DNA of 64,000 nt from Lysobacterales bacterium (GTDB lineage: Bacteria; Pseudomonadota; Gammaproteobacteria; Xanthomonadales; SZUA-38), in assembly GCA_028285525.1 (NCBI GenBank), contig JANQOZ010000015.1:51590-115589 (forward strand), in the 5' to 3' direction. Under the pieces are notes generated by a model. The model worked only from the letters and a program-made list of their open reading frames with translations, made no database searches and was not told the origin of the DNA. Positions 44,328 through 53,686 of this stretch are shown here, piece after piece (position 1 is the stretch's first letter; each line of letters begins with the position of its first letter). The translations under genes and the position numbers were made by a program.

Positions 44328-46307
44328 ATGGTGGTTTCGGGCCTTCCGGTATGCTCACCGCGTGACGCCACGACTCAACCAACGGCCTGCATGACTGCGG
44401 TCAACATCCCCGGTCATACCATCCTGCGCGAACTGGGGCGTGGGGGTACTGCCGTTGTGTACCTGGCGCTGCAGGAGCACCTGAAGCGCGAGGTTGCGGT
44501 CAAAGTCCTGCGCCCGCCCGACAACGATGACGGCTCGATCACCGAGCGCTTTCTTAACGAAGCGCGAACCATCGGTCGTCTGCACCATCCGAACATCGTG
44601 TCCATTTTTGATTTCGGCGAGACCGACGACGGCGGGCTGTTCTATACGATGCCCAATCTGCCGATGGCCCTGGCCGATTTTAACTATGAGTCGGACACGC
44701 AGCTCAGCGAGATTCTCCTGCAGGTGTGCGACGGACTGGACTACGCTCATCGCCAGGGCATCGTGCATCGCGACATCAAGCCTGAGAACCTGCTGCTCGA
44801 TCAGCGGGGCAACGTTCAGATCGCCGACTTTGGCATCGCGTTTTCCACGCGCTCGGTGGCGTCCCGGGTGACTCGCGAAGGCCATACGATTGGCAGCAGT
44901 CATCATATGAGTCCCGAACAGGCGCGGGGTAAGCCGGTTGACCCGCGTTCCGACGTCTACAGCCTGGGTGTCGTGCTGTATGAGATGCTGACCGGTGGGC
45001 CGCCTTTCCAAGGGCCTGACGACGTTTCGGTGTTGGTCGCCCACGTCTCCGATCCAGTTCCGTCGCTCCCGAATCAGCATCGTCACTGGCAGCGTATCGT
45101 CAATCGTGCGCTGCAGAAAAAACCGCAGGATCGTTATCAGACGGTTTCCGCTATGGCCGACGATATTCGTCGCGTCGGCAGCGGCCAGCAGGGCATCACC
45201 ACTCCGCTGGCATCGCTTTCGGCCGGCACCCGCAGGCCGATTTATCTGGGTGCTGCCGTGCTGGGAGCCGTCATCCTGTGGTGGCTGGTTCCTGGCGAAC
45301 AGGAGCCAGCGCAGGTCTCGGAGAGTCCAGCGTTGCTGACCCCCAAGCGCGCAGTGGATTCAGGCGTTGCTGCTGAAGTCACGGAACCGCTCCAGCCCAA
45401 GGCAGACGCGCCGACGGAGTTGTCGGAGGCCCCGGCTACGGTGCAAGAGGTGACGAAAGACGATGGGCCGAGTGCAACCGCCGAACCGTCGCCCGAGGAA
45501 ACCGACACACCGACGATGCCGGACGCGGCCCCGCTAGCTGAAGCCGAAAAACCCGAGGTAAAGAAAGCCTGGTCGCCCGGGGACCTGCTCGGCGATCCGT
45601 TGGGTATCGAGACCTTTTACGTTCCCAGCAGGGTTACGGGCGAAAAAGGTGAGGTCAGTGAGGTTGCCAGCGCGTTTGCCATGGCGGGTCTTGAAATCAC
45701 TGTCGGTCAGTATCGCGAATTCACGAAGGAAATGCGGCGCCCAGGCAGTCCGTGCAGCCAGCCCGAGGGCATCTCGCTGCGGCGTAAATCCTGGTATGCA
45801 CCCGGCTACATTCAAAGTGACGATCATCCCGTTGCCTGCGTCAGCTATCAGGATGCGGTGGACTATGCCGCGTGGCTCTCGAAGCGAAGCGGCAATCGCT
45901 ATCGCGTCCCCAGCGCCAGCGAGTGGAACCACGCGGCGTTGGTGGGGCACGCCGCAACCACCGCCTGTCAAACCGGCAACGTTGCCGGTCGAGAACGCAG
46001 AAAGCTGTTTTCGAGCGGCCAGTTCAGCTGTGCGGACGGCCATCGCTTCACGGCGCCGGTCGGCAGCTTCCGCGCAAACCGGCTGCAAATCTCGGATCTA
46101 CGAGGCAACCTAAGCGAATGGACCAGCGACTGCGCCGAGACCGTGCCGGAGGGCATCGAACCCTGTTCGCTTCGAACTGTCCGCGGAACCTCGTGGGAAG
46201 ACGGACGCGATCAATCCATGCTCGATCACGAAGAGACGCTGGAAGCAGAGCAGGGTTATCCGACGGTCGGCATACGCCTTGTTCGAGAGATTAGCCAAAG
46301 CCCCTGA
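44328..46307 (+). CDS. Transmembrane Ser/Thr protein kinase fused to an FGE-sulfatase (SUMF1-like) ectodomain
   Basis: The kinase has LGRGGTAVVYLA, VAVK, HRDIKPENLL, DFGIA and SPEQ. It is followed by a TM helix (PIYLGAAVLGAVILWWLV) and a Pro/Glu-rich linker. The FGE-like domain reads FAMAGLEITVGQYREF...HPVACVSYQDAVDYAAWLS...RVPSASEW...NLSEWT...RGTSWED. The likely start is ATG 44391. Confidence 0.85.
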   Translation: MVVSGLPVCSPRDATTQPTACMTAVNIPGHTILRELGRGGTAVVYLALQEHLKREVAVKVLRPPDNDDGSITERFLNEARTIGRLHHPNIVSIFDFGETDDGGLFYTMPNLPMALADFNYESDTQLSEILLQVCDGLDYAHRQGIVHRDIKPENLLLDQRGNVQIADFGIAFSTRSVASRVTREGHTIGSSHHMSPEQARGKPVDPRSDVYSLGVVLYEMLTGGPPFQGPDDVSVLVAHVSDPVPSLPNQHRHWQRIVNRALQKKPQDRYQTVSAMADDIRRVGSGQQGITTPLASLSAGTRRPIYLGAAVLGAVILWWLVPGEQEPAQVSESPALLTPKRAVDSGVAAEVTEPLQPKADAPTELSEAPATVQEVTKDDGPSATAEPSPEETDTPTMPDAAPLAEAEKPEVKKAWSPGDLLGDPLGIETFYVPSRVTGEKGEVSEVASAFAMAGLEITVGQYREFTKEMRRPGSPCSQPEGISLRRKSWYAPGYIQSDDHPVACVSYQDAVDYAAWLSKRSGNRYRVPSASEWNHAALVGHAATTACQTGNVAGRERRKLFSSGQFSCADGHRFTAPVGSFRANRLQISDLRGNLSEWTSDCAETVPEGIEPCSLRTVRGTSWEDGRDQSMLDHEETLEAEQGYPTVGIRLVREISQSP

Positions 46308-46529
46308 ACGCTCCTCCAATGCGGCGAATTCGTTCAACGTCCATCGGCGATCGGTTCGACGTTGGCTGTTTCGGGCGGTATCCTGAGCTCGCTTGTAACT
46401 TGAGATTTTCATGACTGCGTAATCGGGTCGCGCACGGACCCTGAAATCTGATGCTTTTGTACACGCCGACGTCTGTCATCGGCGTACGGGGGCGTATGCC
46501 CTGGCAAAATCAATAAAGGATGATTCGCA

Positions 46530-46988
46530 GTGAATATCAGAGTTCCTACTCGGGCAGACCTGCCCGCTATCTCGCTGGTGTTACGAGACACCGAGCTTTT
46601 TCCCGTCGAAATGCTCGACGACCTGATCAGTCCCTTTCTGTCCGGCTCCAGCACTGACGATCGATGGTTGGTGTGTGAAACCGACAATCGAAATGTGGTC
46701 GGCTTCAGCTACTGTCGGCGCGAACCGTTGACCGAAGGAACGTGGAACCTCCTTGCGATCGGCTTGCGCAAGCAGCAGCAGGGCCGTGGCCTGGGAAAGG
46801 CGCTGCTGCATGGCGTTGAGCAGTTGTTGGCCAACGAGCGGTTGCTCATCGTTGACACCTCGGGCCTGGAAACCTTCTCGGCAACCCGAGCGTTCTATGA
46901 AAAGTGCGGCTATGAGCGGGAGGCCGTCATCCGTGACTACTGGGCAGACGGCGACGATAAGGTGACGTACCGAAAGCCCTTGCGGTAG
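46530..46988 (+). CDS. GNAT-family N-acetyltransferase
   Basis: 152 aa with the acetyl-CoA motif LRKQQQGRGLGKALL. Confidence 0.8.
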   Translation: MNIRVPTRADLPAISLVLRDTELFPVEMLDDLISPFLSGSSTDDRWLVCETDNRNVVGFSYCRREPLTEGTWNLLAIGLRKQQQGRGLGKALLHGVEQLLANERLLIVDTSGLETFSATRAFYEKCGYEREAVIRDYWADGDDKVTYRKPLR

Positions 46989-46997
46989 GTCTTGTTG

Positions 46998-47030
46998 CGC
47001 TACGTCAGCTCAGGCTGGCGTAGCGTTTTT
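46998..47030 (+). terminator. Rho-independent terminator after the GNAT gene
   Basis: CGCTACGTCAGC-TCAG-GCTGGCGTAGCG forms a 12-bp stem with one G-U pair. It is followed by TTTTT (47026-47030) and starts 10 nt after the stop. Confidence 0.8.
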
Positions 47031-47070
47031 CGTGTCGGCGTTCCCTTGGCGTCCGAGTCAGGAGGGAGGT

Positions 47071-49284
47071 TCACTCAAAGCCGTTTTCGAAAACGATCTG
47101 GTTGGGGACTGCCTCGAAGTCGAATGGCTGCATCTGAATGGTCGGTATCGCAACGGTTTCGCCCGCCATGATCGTCACTGGGTCAACCGGAGTGGTTTGG
47201 TAGTCGGGATGAAACACGCTGAGCTGCAGCGGTCCGACAAGCGACGCAAGATCAAAATCGCCGGTTGGATCTGAAAACGTTGACCCGCCCTCACCCGAAA
47301 GCCAGGCGCCGAGCACTGGCGCTCCGCTGATGGCGTCGACAACGCTTCCGGTGGCGCGCCCAATTTCGAAGGGGAAGGTCCCGAAAAAGTCTTCGCCCAC
47401 CTTGCGAAACTCGATGGTATAGCGACCCACAGGCTGGTTGCCGCAGGCCTGAACCCGCAAAAACTCCTGGCCAAAGGAAGCTACGGAGCGGGAAAGCAGC
47501 AGGTTGTCAGCCGTGCAGTCGCCAGCGGCTCGGTCCGGGTTAAGACCGTTTCCCTTGTCGAAGAGGTAGCGATACGCCTGAACCCTGAGGCCGCTGCCGG
47601 TGCTGATCTCCGCTTCGAGAGCTTTGACCTCGTCGGCAGGCTGGACGACCCGATACCAGTCCACCTCCTGGGTGCCATTTAGCATCCCGCTGCGGGTAGC
47701 GGTGTCGACGTTGGTCAGATCTACGAGCTCCGCGGAGCCGGGCAGGTTGGCCTGCGGGAAAACCTGGTTTCCGTCTCGATCAACCTGTAGCGCCAGGCAC
47801 CAATAGTCCAGGGTGGCTTCCGCATTTTCCGCATTGTCGATGCGAAGACGCCACGGCTGCCCACCTGTGGCGCGCGTATTGCGAAAGCTGGCGAGCGGCA
47901 CGTCTGGCTCAAGCTCCCCGGCGATTGCAACCGGGCTGGCGCACTGTGGCTGTGCCGGCCATCTCGCCGAATCGCTGAACAGCGCGCCAATGTCTGCGTT
48001 TTCACAGTCTTTGTTCTTGCTGGCGCCGGGCTGCGCCAGCAGCGGCTGCACCGAGCCGTCGGGGCTCTCTAGCAGCAGTGATAGATCCGCGACGCGCGGA
48101 TGGTCGACGCGTGTCTCAACCCAGGCATTAATTACCCGCGCCGTTTCATCGACCGGGTCGCAGTTTGGCCCGCTGTACCGACCGCAGTCGCCGGGCTCCG
48201 AAAAGTCCAAGATGCTGGTAAAAGAGCTTGAGGATGATGCCGGGCCGCCGCATCGCACCACGACGTCGCTGGCGAAATTCGGCAACTGCACCCCGTTTGG
48301 GCTTACTACCCGAAGCGCAACGTCGAGGTCACCGTCACTTGCGATATTGTTGCCGCTGCGTCCAGTGCTGTCGGTCGCGACCAGCGAGAAAACCGGGTCG
48401 ACTCCAGTGAGCGCTGGATCGATTGCCCCGGTGATCCTGGCGTTAAGCGAGTCCAGTACCAGGTCGTTCGGTAGGCTAGGTTCTACGCTGTAGGTCAGCG
48501 GATCATTGTTGAGGTCAGTAAACAGGCTGGCGTAGTCGAAATCCACCGATGCGCCGGCGACTACGGTTTCCAGCACGAGCTGCGGGTCGACAAAAGGACC
48601 GACCTGGTTAACGACGCTGCCTTCCATTGAGAAACACAGGTCACGGCGAGTCGGCTCTGATACGCAGCTTGGTCCCGGGCCAAAGCTGGTGCAGCTGATT
48701 TCCGGGATATCGTTATCCGGATCACGGATGGCCCACTGCAGTGCGCCGTTTCCGTTGTCCACGTTAGCCCAGTACCACGGAGGGCAGTTGTCGCCGCCGC
48801 AGTTTGCGAGCGGCTCGACGTCCACATACTGGACGGAGAGCCAGTAGCGGCCTTCGTCCAGGACACATGCCGTGGGCAGATTCATTCGAAAGCCGAAAGT
48901 AAATTCACCCAATCCTTTGTTGAACTGTGGTGGCTCAGCCGGGACGAATGCGTCGCAAACCGGGCTGCCGGTCGGCAGGTTGCTGCCGTTTTCATAGACG
49001 CGGACCCGCACGTTTTCGCCTTCAATATTGATGTCACCGAATGCCTGCACGGTGTTGATTGTCCAGGTCTCGTCAGCAGGTACCACAAAATCGTCAGCGC
49101 TCTCCGTGTCGTTGATGCGATTGGAGCCGCTGCCAAAATTGAATGTGAGCGTGAACCGCGTACTCATCGCCCGACCGTTAGCGATTGTGCAGTCGATGGA
49201 CTGGTCCAGCAGCGTTGTCTGCGCGGCGGCCGGCATAGCCAAGACTGCCAGCAGTATTGAAAGAGTGTGCGCGCTGATCTTCAT
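47071..49284 (-). CDS. Secreted multidomain protein with cadherin-like domain, proprotein-convertase P-domain and C-terminal carboxypeptidase-regulatory-like domain
   Basis: Start placed at ATG 49284 (MKISAHTLSILLAVLAMPAAAQ); the track extends to TTG 49389. The P-domain signature is VDHPRVADLSLLLESPDGSVQPLL...WRLRIDN. A cadherin-like unit reads NDPLTYSVEPSLPNDLVLDSLNARITG. The C-terminus is VFENGFE. No protease catalytic domain is present. Confidence 0.7.
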   Translation of the reverse strand: MKISAHTLSILLAVLAMPAAAQTTLLDQSIDCTIANGRAMSTRFTLTFNFGSGSNRINDTESADDFVVPADETWTINTVQAFGDINIEGENVRVRVYENGSNLPTGSPVCDAFVPAEPPQFNKGLGEFTFGFRMNLPTACVLDEGRYWLSVQYVDVEPLANCGGDNCPPWYWANVDNGNGALQWAIRDPDNDIPEISCTSFGPGPSCVSEPTRRDLCFSMEGSVVNQVGPFVDPQLVLETVVAGASVDFDYASLFTDLNNDPLTYSVEPSLPNDLVLDSLNARITGAIDPALTGVDPVFSLVATDSTGRSGNNIASDGDLDVALRVVSPNGVQLPNFASDVVVRCGGPASSSSSFTSILDFSEPGDCGRYSGPNCDPVDETARVINAWVETRVDHPRVADLSLLLESPDGSVQPLLAQPGASKNKDCENADIGALFSDSARWPAQPQCASPVAIAGELEPDVPLASFRNTRATGGQPWRLRIDNAENAEATLDYWCLALQVDRDGNQVFPQANLPGSAELVDLTNVDTATRSGMLNGTQEVDWYRVVQPADEVKALEAEISTGSGLRVQAYRYLFDKGNGLNPDRAAGDCTADNLLLSRSVASFGQEFLRVQACGNQPVGRYTIEFRKVGEDFFGTFPFEIGRATGSVVDAISGAPVLGAWLSGEGGSTFSDPTGDFDLASLVGPLQLSVFHPDYQTTPVDPVTIMAGETVAIPTIQMQPFDFEAVPNQIVFENGFE

Positions 49285-49392
49285 AGCATTACTGTAGAAC
49301 AACATCGGCGTCGCGCCATAGCTTATCGCAGCGGTAGAATGTCCCGGGCCCGTCAGGGTTCGACCCGTACCGTCAGAGCAAGGCTTCAACTG

Positions 49393-51591
49393 ATGAAAAC
49401 TTCTGCGCCGTGGCAGCGTGTTTGCGCCCTCCTGTTCATTCTACCCATCGCAGCCTGTGCGCCGCAGACCAAGCCATATGCTGATTCGGAGCTTGAACGC
49501 CTGCAGGCGCGCGCCGCGAACATAACCATCATTCGCGATGATTTTGGCGTGCCGCACATCTACGCAAGAACCGACGCTGATGCGGTATTCGGCCTCCTCT
49601 ATGCGCAGGCGGAAGACGACTTCCCCCGGGTCGAACGAAACTACTACTGGGCGATTGGCCGCCTGGCGGAGGCCGAGGGTGAAAAGGCGCTATTCAGTGA
49701 TTTACGGGCGCGTCTGTATATGACCACCGCGGAGGCAAAAGCCGCTTACGAGGCGGCCCCGGACTGGCTGCAAGACCTTTGCGATGCGTTTGCCGACGGA
49801 CTCAACTATTACCTGGCTACTCATCCAAACGTCAGACCCAAAGTCATCACAAGATTTGAGCCCTGGATGCCCATGTTCTTTTTTGAGGGCTCCATCGGCG
49901 GCGACATTGAGCAGATCCCGCTCGATGGTATCCGCGCGTTTTATGGTTCGGGGGAGAGTGTGGGGCACCGTATGAGCGCCACTGAAGTCTCTGACGACGA
50001 ACCACGCGGGTCCAACGGCTTTGCGATAGCCGGTACGCACACGCGATCAGGAGACGCGATGCTGCTGATCAATCCGCACACCTCGTTCTACTTTCGGGGC
50101 GAGGTGCATGTGGTCAGCGAGGAGGGCTTAAACGCCTATGGCGCTGTCACCTGGGGACAGTTTTTTGTTTACCAGGGGTTCAACGAAGACACGGGCTGGA
50201 TGCATACCTCAACACGAGTCGACTTCATGGACGAGTTTGTTGAGGACGTCACCGAGGTCGGCGGCAAACTCATGTATCGCTACGGCGATGAATTGCGTCC
50301 GGTTGAGGTGTCCGAGGTCACGCTGAGATACAAGGACGGCGAAACCTACTCGGAGCGGACGTTCCCCATGTATCGGACCCATCACGGCCCAGTCACTCAC
50401 ATGGTCGATGGTCGATGGGTGGCAACCAAGATCAACTGGGACCCGGTCAACGCGCTACGGCAGTCTTTTGTCCGAACCAAACAGGACGGTCACGAGGGTT
50501 TTCGGGCGATGATGGATATCCGGACGAACTCATCGAACAACACTGTCTACGCAGATTCCAGCGGGAACATCGCCTACTACCACGGTAATTTTGTCCCCCG
50601 TCGGGATCGACGATTCGACTTTTCACAGCCGGTTGACGGCAGCGATCCCGCCACCGACTGGCAAGGGCTGCACAGCGTCGACGAGACCGTGACGCTGCTG
50701 AATCCGGAAAACGGTTGGCTGCAGAACTGCAATTCCACGCCTTTCACGGCGGCCGGGCCGTTCAGCCCGGATCCGGCTGACTATCCCGTTTATATGGCGC
50801 CAGACCCGGAGAACTTCCGCGGTGTGCACGCGCTGCGCGTGCTTGATGGCGTGTCCGACCTGACGCTGGACGGCCTGATCGATCTGGCCTACGACCCGTA
50901 TCTGCCGGGATTCGAGCGGCTGATTCCCGGACTGATCGAGGCGTTCGATGACTCGGGTGCTGCGTATCCCCAACTCGCCGAGGCTGTAGACCAGCTTCGA
51001 GGATGGGATTACCGCGTGACGGCGGAATCGGTCGCCATGACGCTGGCGCATTTTTACGGCACTCGTTACCGCCGGGAGGGTGAAGCGCCCGATGGCTTAA
51101 GCCGGATGGAGAAGATCAACTACTTCGCAACGGAGTCGGATCACCGCGAACGGCTCAGCCTGTTCGCCGCTACCGTGGACATGCTGGAAGAAGACTTTGG
51201 TGATTGGGAAATTCCCTGGGGTGAGATGAACCGATTCCAGCGACTCACCGGCGACATTACCCACCCGCATGACGACAACGCGCCGAGTCTTCCAGTGGGG
51301 ATGGCGTCGGGCAACTGGGGCGCGCTGGCGTCCTACGGCGCGCGCCGCTTTCCGGGCACGAAAAAGATTTATGGCGTTGCGGGCAACAGCTTTGTCGCCG
51401 TCGTTGAATTTGGCGACAAGGTCCGCGCGAAAACGATGTTGGCGGGTGGTCAGAGCGGCGACCCAAGCTCGCCCCATTTCGACGATCAGTCCGAACGCTA
51501 CGTTAATCGTGCGTTTAAAGATGTCGCCTACTACCGTGAGGAGGTCGAGGCACGAGCGGTGCAAACTTATCGGCCCGGTGAACGACACTAG
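49393..51591 (+). CDS. Penicillin-acylase-family Ntn hydrolase (S45), predicted lipoprotein
   Basis: Start placed at ATG 49393 (MKTSAPWQRVCALLFILPIAAC, lipobox). It has ITIIRDDFGVPHIYARTDADAVFGLLYAQAEDDF and the nucleophile junction PRGSNGFAIAG. Confidence 0.85.
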   Translation: MKTSAPWQRVCALLFILPIAACAPQTKPYADSELERLQARAANITIIRDDFGVPHIYARTDADAVFGLLYAQAEDDFPRVERNYYWAIGRLAEAEGEKALFSDLRARLYMTTAEAKAAYEAAPDWLQDLCDAFADGLNYYLATHPNVRPKVITRFEPWMPMFFFEGSIGGDIEQIPLDGIRAFYGSGESVGHRMSATEVSDDEPRGSNGFAIAGTHTRSGDAMLLINPHTSFYFRGEVHVVSEEGLNAYGAVTWGQFFVYQGFNEDTGWMHTSTRVDFMDEFVEDVTEVGGKLMYRYGDELRPVEVSEVTLRYKDGETYSERTFPMYRTHHGPVTHMVDGRWVATKINWDPVNALRQSFVRTKQDGHEGFRAMMDIRTNSSNNTVYADSSGNIAYYHGNFVPRRDRRFDFSQPVDGSDPATDWQGLHSVDETVTLLNPENGWLQNCNSTPFTAAGPFSPDPADYPVYMAPDPENFRGVHALRVLDGVSDLTLDGLIDLAYDPYLPGFERLIPGLIEAFDDSGAAYPQLAEAVDQLRGWDYRVTAESVAMTLAHFYGTRYRREGEAPDGLSRMEKINYFATESDHRERLSLFAATVDMLEEDFGDWEIPWGEMNRFQRLTGDITHPHDDNAPSLPVGMASGNWGALASYGARRFPGTKKIYGVAGNSFVAVVEFGDKVRAKTMLAGGQSGDPSSPHFDDQSERYVNRAFKDVAYYREEVEARAVQTYRPGERH

Positions 51592-51602
51592 TGACCCACT
51601 AA

Positions 51603-52259
51603 CTACGTTTGCATGCCCATGGCGAGCAGCGCCTGCCGGTCGGTCATGGTGATCTTGCCGTAGCCCAGCCGAATCAGGCCGCGCTGCTTAAGGCGGTCAA
51701 GAGCCTTGCCGACACTGACCCGGGACATGCCGAGCGCAAAGGCGATGTCGGCCTGGCGCAGCGGCAGGTCATCTTCTTCGAAACCGCCGGTCCGGGCGAT
51801 TCGCAGCAGCAGCATCGCAATCTGCTGCTCAACGCCACGCCGCCGGAGGTCGTCGGCGATATCGAGCGCTTCGTAGAGCCGTTGCGTCACCGTAACGGTC
51901 ACCGCTCGAGAGAAGTGCGGGTGAGCGTCGTAAAGCGCATCGAACGATCCCTTGCCCAGCGACAGCACCTCGGCCTGCCCGAACGCCTCGGCGTGATAAA
52001 CGCGTGGCCGGTTCGCGAACAGCGTAGCTTCGCCAAAACAATGTCCGTGACCGAGTATGCCGGTGAGATTGAAGCTGCCGTTCGCGGCGTAGAGCCCAAA
52101 GCGGACCCGGCCCCTCATGACAATCGACAGTCCGACCGACGCCGCATCCTGCGTGTGAATGACCTGGCCGTCGTCATACGATCGAATTGTCCCCGCCGCT
52201 TTGAGTTCGGGCAGAAACGCCGCGGGCAGCAGATCGAGCAGGCTTTGGTGCGTCGCCAT
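51603..52259 (-). CDS. Crp/Fnr-family transcriptional regulator
   Basis: It has a cNMP-binding beta-roll (VMRGRVRFGLYAANGSFNLTGILGHGHCFGE) and a C-terminal HTH (RQADIAFALGMSRVSVGKALDRLKQRGLI). Confidence 0.85.
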   Translation of the reverse strand: MATHQSLLDLLPAAFLPELKAAGTIRSYDDGQVIHTQDAASVGLSIVMRGRVRFGLYAANGSFNLTGILGHGHCFGEATLFANRPRVYHAEAFGQAEVLSLGKGSFDALYDAHPHFSRAVTVTVTQRLYEALDIADDLRRRGVEQQIAMLLLRIARTGGFEEDDLPLRQADIAFALGMSRVSVGKALDRLKQRGLIRLGYGKITMTDRQALLAMGMQT

Positions 52260-52303
52260 CCAGGCACCTGAAATGCTAAAAATTTAGTATTTTAGAGGAG
52301 CGC

Positions 52304-53173
52304 GTGGCCGTAGTCTGCAGTCACGCTAAACGGTACACCGCCATGGAAAAGCTCGTCATCCTGCTGGTTTTCGCCTTCTTTGCTGGCCTAGAGATCGCCA
52401 AAACGCGATTTTTCTCGAAACGCGGCCAATCGCGCGATGACGCCAAGGTCGAGATCGCCAGCGTGCTGGCGCTTCTGCTGTTCACCCAGCCTCTGGCTCT
52501 CGCCGGCGGTGGATTTCTCGCCAGCCTGATCTGGCCGGATGCCGAAGGTGCGCTCAGCTCGATCCCGCTCGTGGCGGCGATCGGTCTGTTTCTGGTGTTT
52601 GATGATTTGACGCAATACTGGTGGCACCGGCTTTCGCACACGGTGCCGTGGCTTTACAAGCTCCACCGCCCGCATCACAACGCCAGCTACCTGTCGATCC
52701 GTGTCGTCTACCGGAACAACATCTTTTATTACGCCATGATGCCGGGAATCTGGTTCTCGGGTGCGCTCATCTATCTGGGTCTTGGCTGGGTTTATGCGGG
52801 CTACATCATCGTAAAGATGACCATCATCTTTGGCGCCCACTGTGATGTGCGCTGGGACGAGCCGCTGTACAAGATCCGCTGGCTTTCACCGGTGATGTGG
52901 GTGGTTGAGCGCGTGATCTCGACGCCGGCTACGCACAGCGCCCACCACGGCAAACACGCCGCCGACTCGGCCACCCACTACAAAGGCAATTACGGCAATC
53001 TGCTGTTTTTCTGGGACGTGCTCTTCGGGACCGCAAGGATCACCCGGCGGTATCCCGAGTCCTTTGGCGTCGAGAACCTGCCCGACACGACCGTTGGTGA
53101 GCAGCTCCTCTGGCCGCTGATCAAGTCGACCGATAGCGTCGCTGACGCGACCCGGGAGGCAGCCTCAACCTAG
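52304..53173 (+). CDS. Sterol desaturase / fatty-acid hydroxylase family membrane protein
   Basis: Histidine boxes WWHRLSH, HRPHH and HSAHHG. The GTG start is preceded by AGAGGAG (52294-52300). An alternative ATG lies at 52343. Confidence 0.8.
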   Translation: MAVVCSHAKRYTAMEKLVILLVFAFFAGLEIAKTRFFSKRGQSRDDAKVEIASVLALLLFTQPLALAGGGFLASLIWPDAEGALSSIPLVAAIGLFLVFDDLTQYWWHRLSHTVPWLYKLHRPHHNASYLSIRVVYRNNIFYYAMMPGIWFSGALIYLGLGWVYAGYIIVKMTIIFGAHCDVRWDEPLYKIRWLSPVMWVVERVISTPATHSAHHGKHAADSATHYKGNYGNLLFFWDVLFGTARITRRYPESFGVENLPDTTVGEQLLWPLIKSTDSVADATREAAST

Positions 53174-53331
53174 CGAGGCCCGCCGCTGCTCTCCGTAGGA
53201 CGTTTAACGCGAGATTGCCTTCGAGAGAATGACCGACAACCTTTGGCCCATGCGGGCCCTTGAAGAATCGCAAAGGATGGCTGACGACAAACGTCAGCCC
53301 TGACTCCAAGAGCGATACCAAGGAGGTCTTC

Positions 53332-53682
53332 ATGTCAGAAACTCTCAAGCGGTGCGGTCTGTACCTTACGGCTTTTTGCGCAATCACCCTCGCCTGGCTG
53401 CCCGCACGCGCCGCGCTAGTCGCCGATCGACCCGACGCCATCATCTGTTCCGTGAAAGACCCGACCGGCGTACTGCCTTGGGATGAACTGGTCTTCTACA
53501 TCAGCGCCCACACCAAAACCGGTCGAACGCTTTACAAAACGCTGACCTCCGATCCGGTTGTGCTGATCGTTGACGCCGACAACGTGGTCAACGGGGAAAA
53601 CCTGGCGAACTGCGATGGCCGGCCGGTGAAAGACCTGCGTGATGAGGGCCGGGCCGTGAACTGGTCGAAGACGACACCGTAA
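53332..53682 (+). CDS. Small hypothetical secreted protein
   Basis: ATG 53332 is preceded by AGGAGG (53321-53326). Signal peptide MSETLKRCGLYLTAFCAITLAWLPARAA. No motif recognised. Confidence 0.55.
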   Translation: MSETLKRCGLYLTAFCAITLAWLPARAALVADRPDAIICSVKDPTGVLPWDELVFYISAHTKTGRTLYKTLTSDPVVLIVDADNVVNGENLANCDGRPVKDLRDEGRAVNWSKTTP

Positions 53683-53686
53683 ACCG

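Noticed and set aside
51609-52271. 220-aa plus-strand ORF almost exactly co-extensive with the minus-strand Crp-family gene.
   Set aside because: Only the minus-strand product shows a cNMP-binding roll and a Crp-type HTH. The plus-strand product has no recognisable features. It is a high-GC antisense artefact.
53279-53299. Hairpin GGCTGACG-ACAAA-CGTCAGCC between the desaturase gene and the small secreted-protein gene.
   Set aside because: It has a perfect 8-bp stem, but no U-tract follows and it lies inside a possible 5' leader. It could be an attenuator or a chance dyad, and I cannot support a call.
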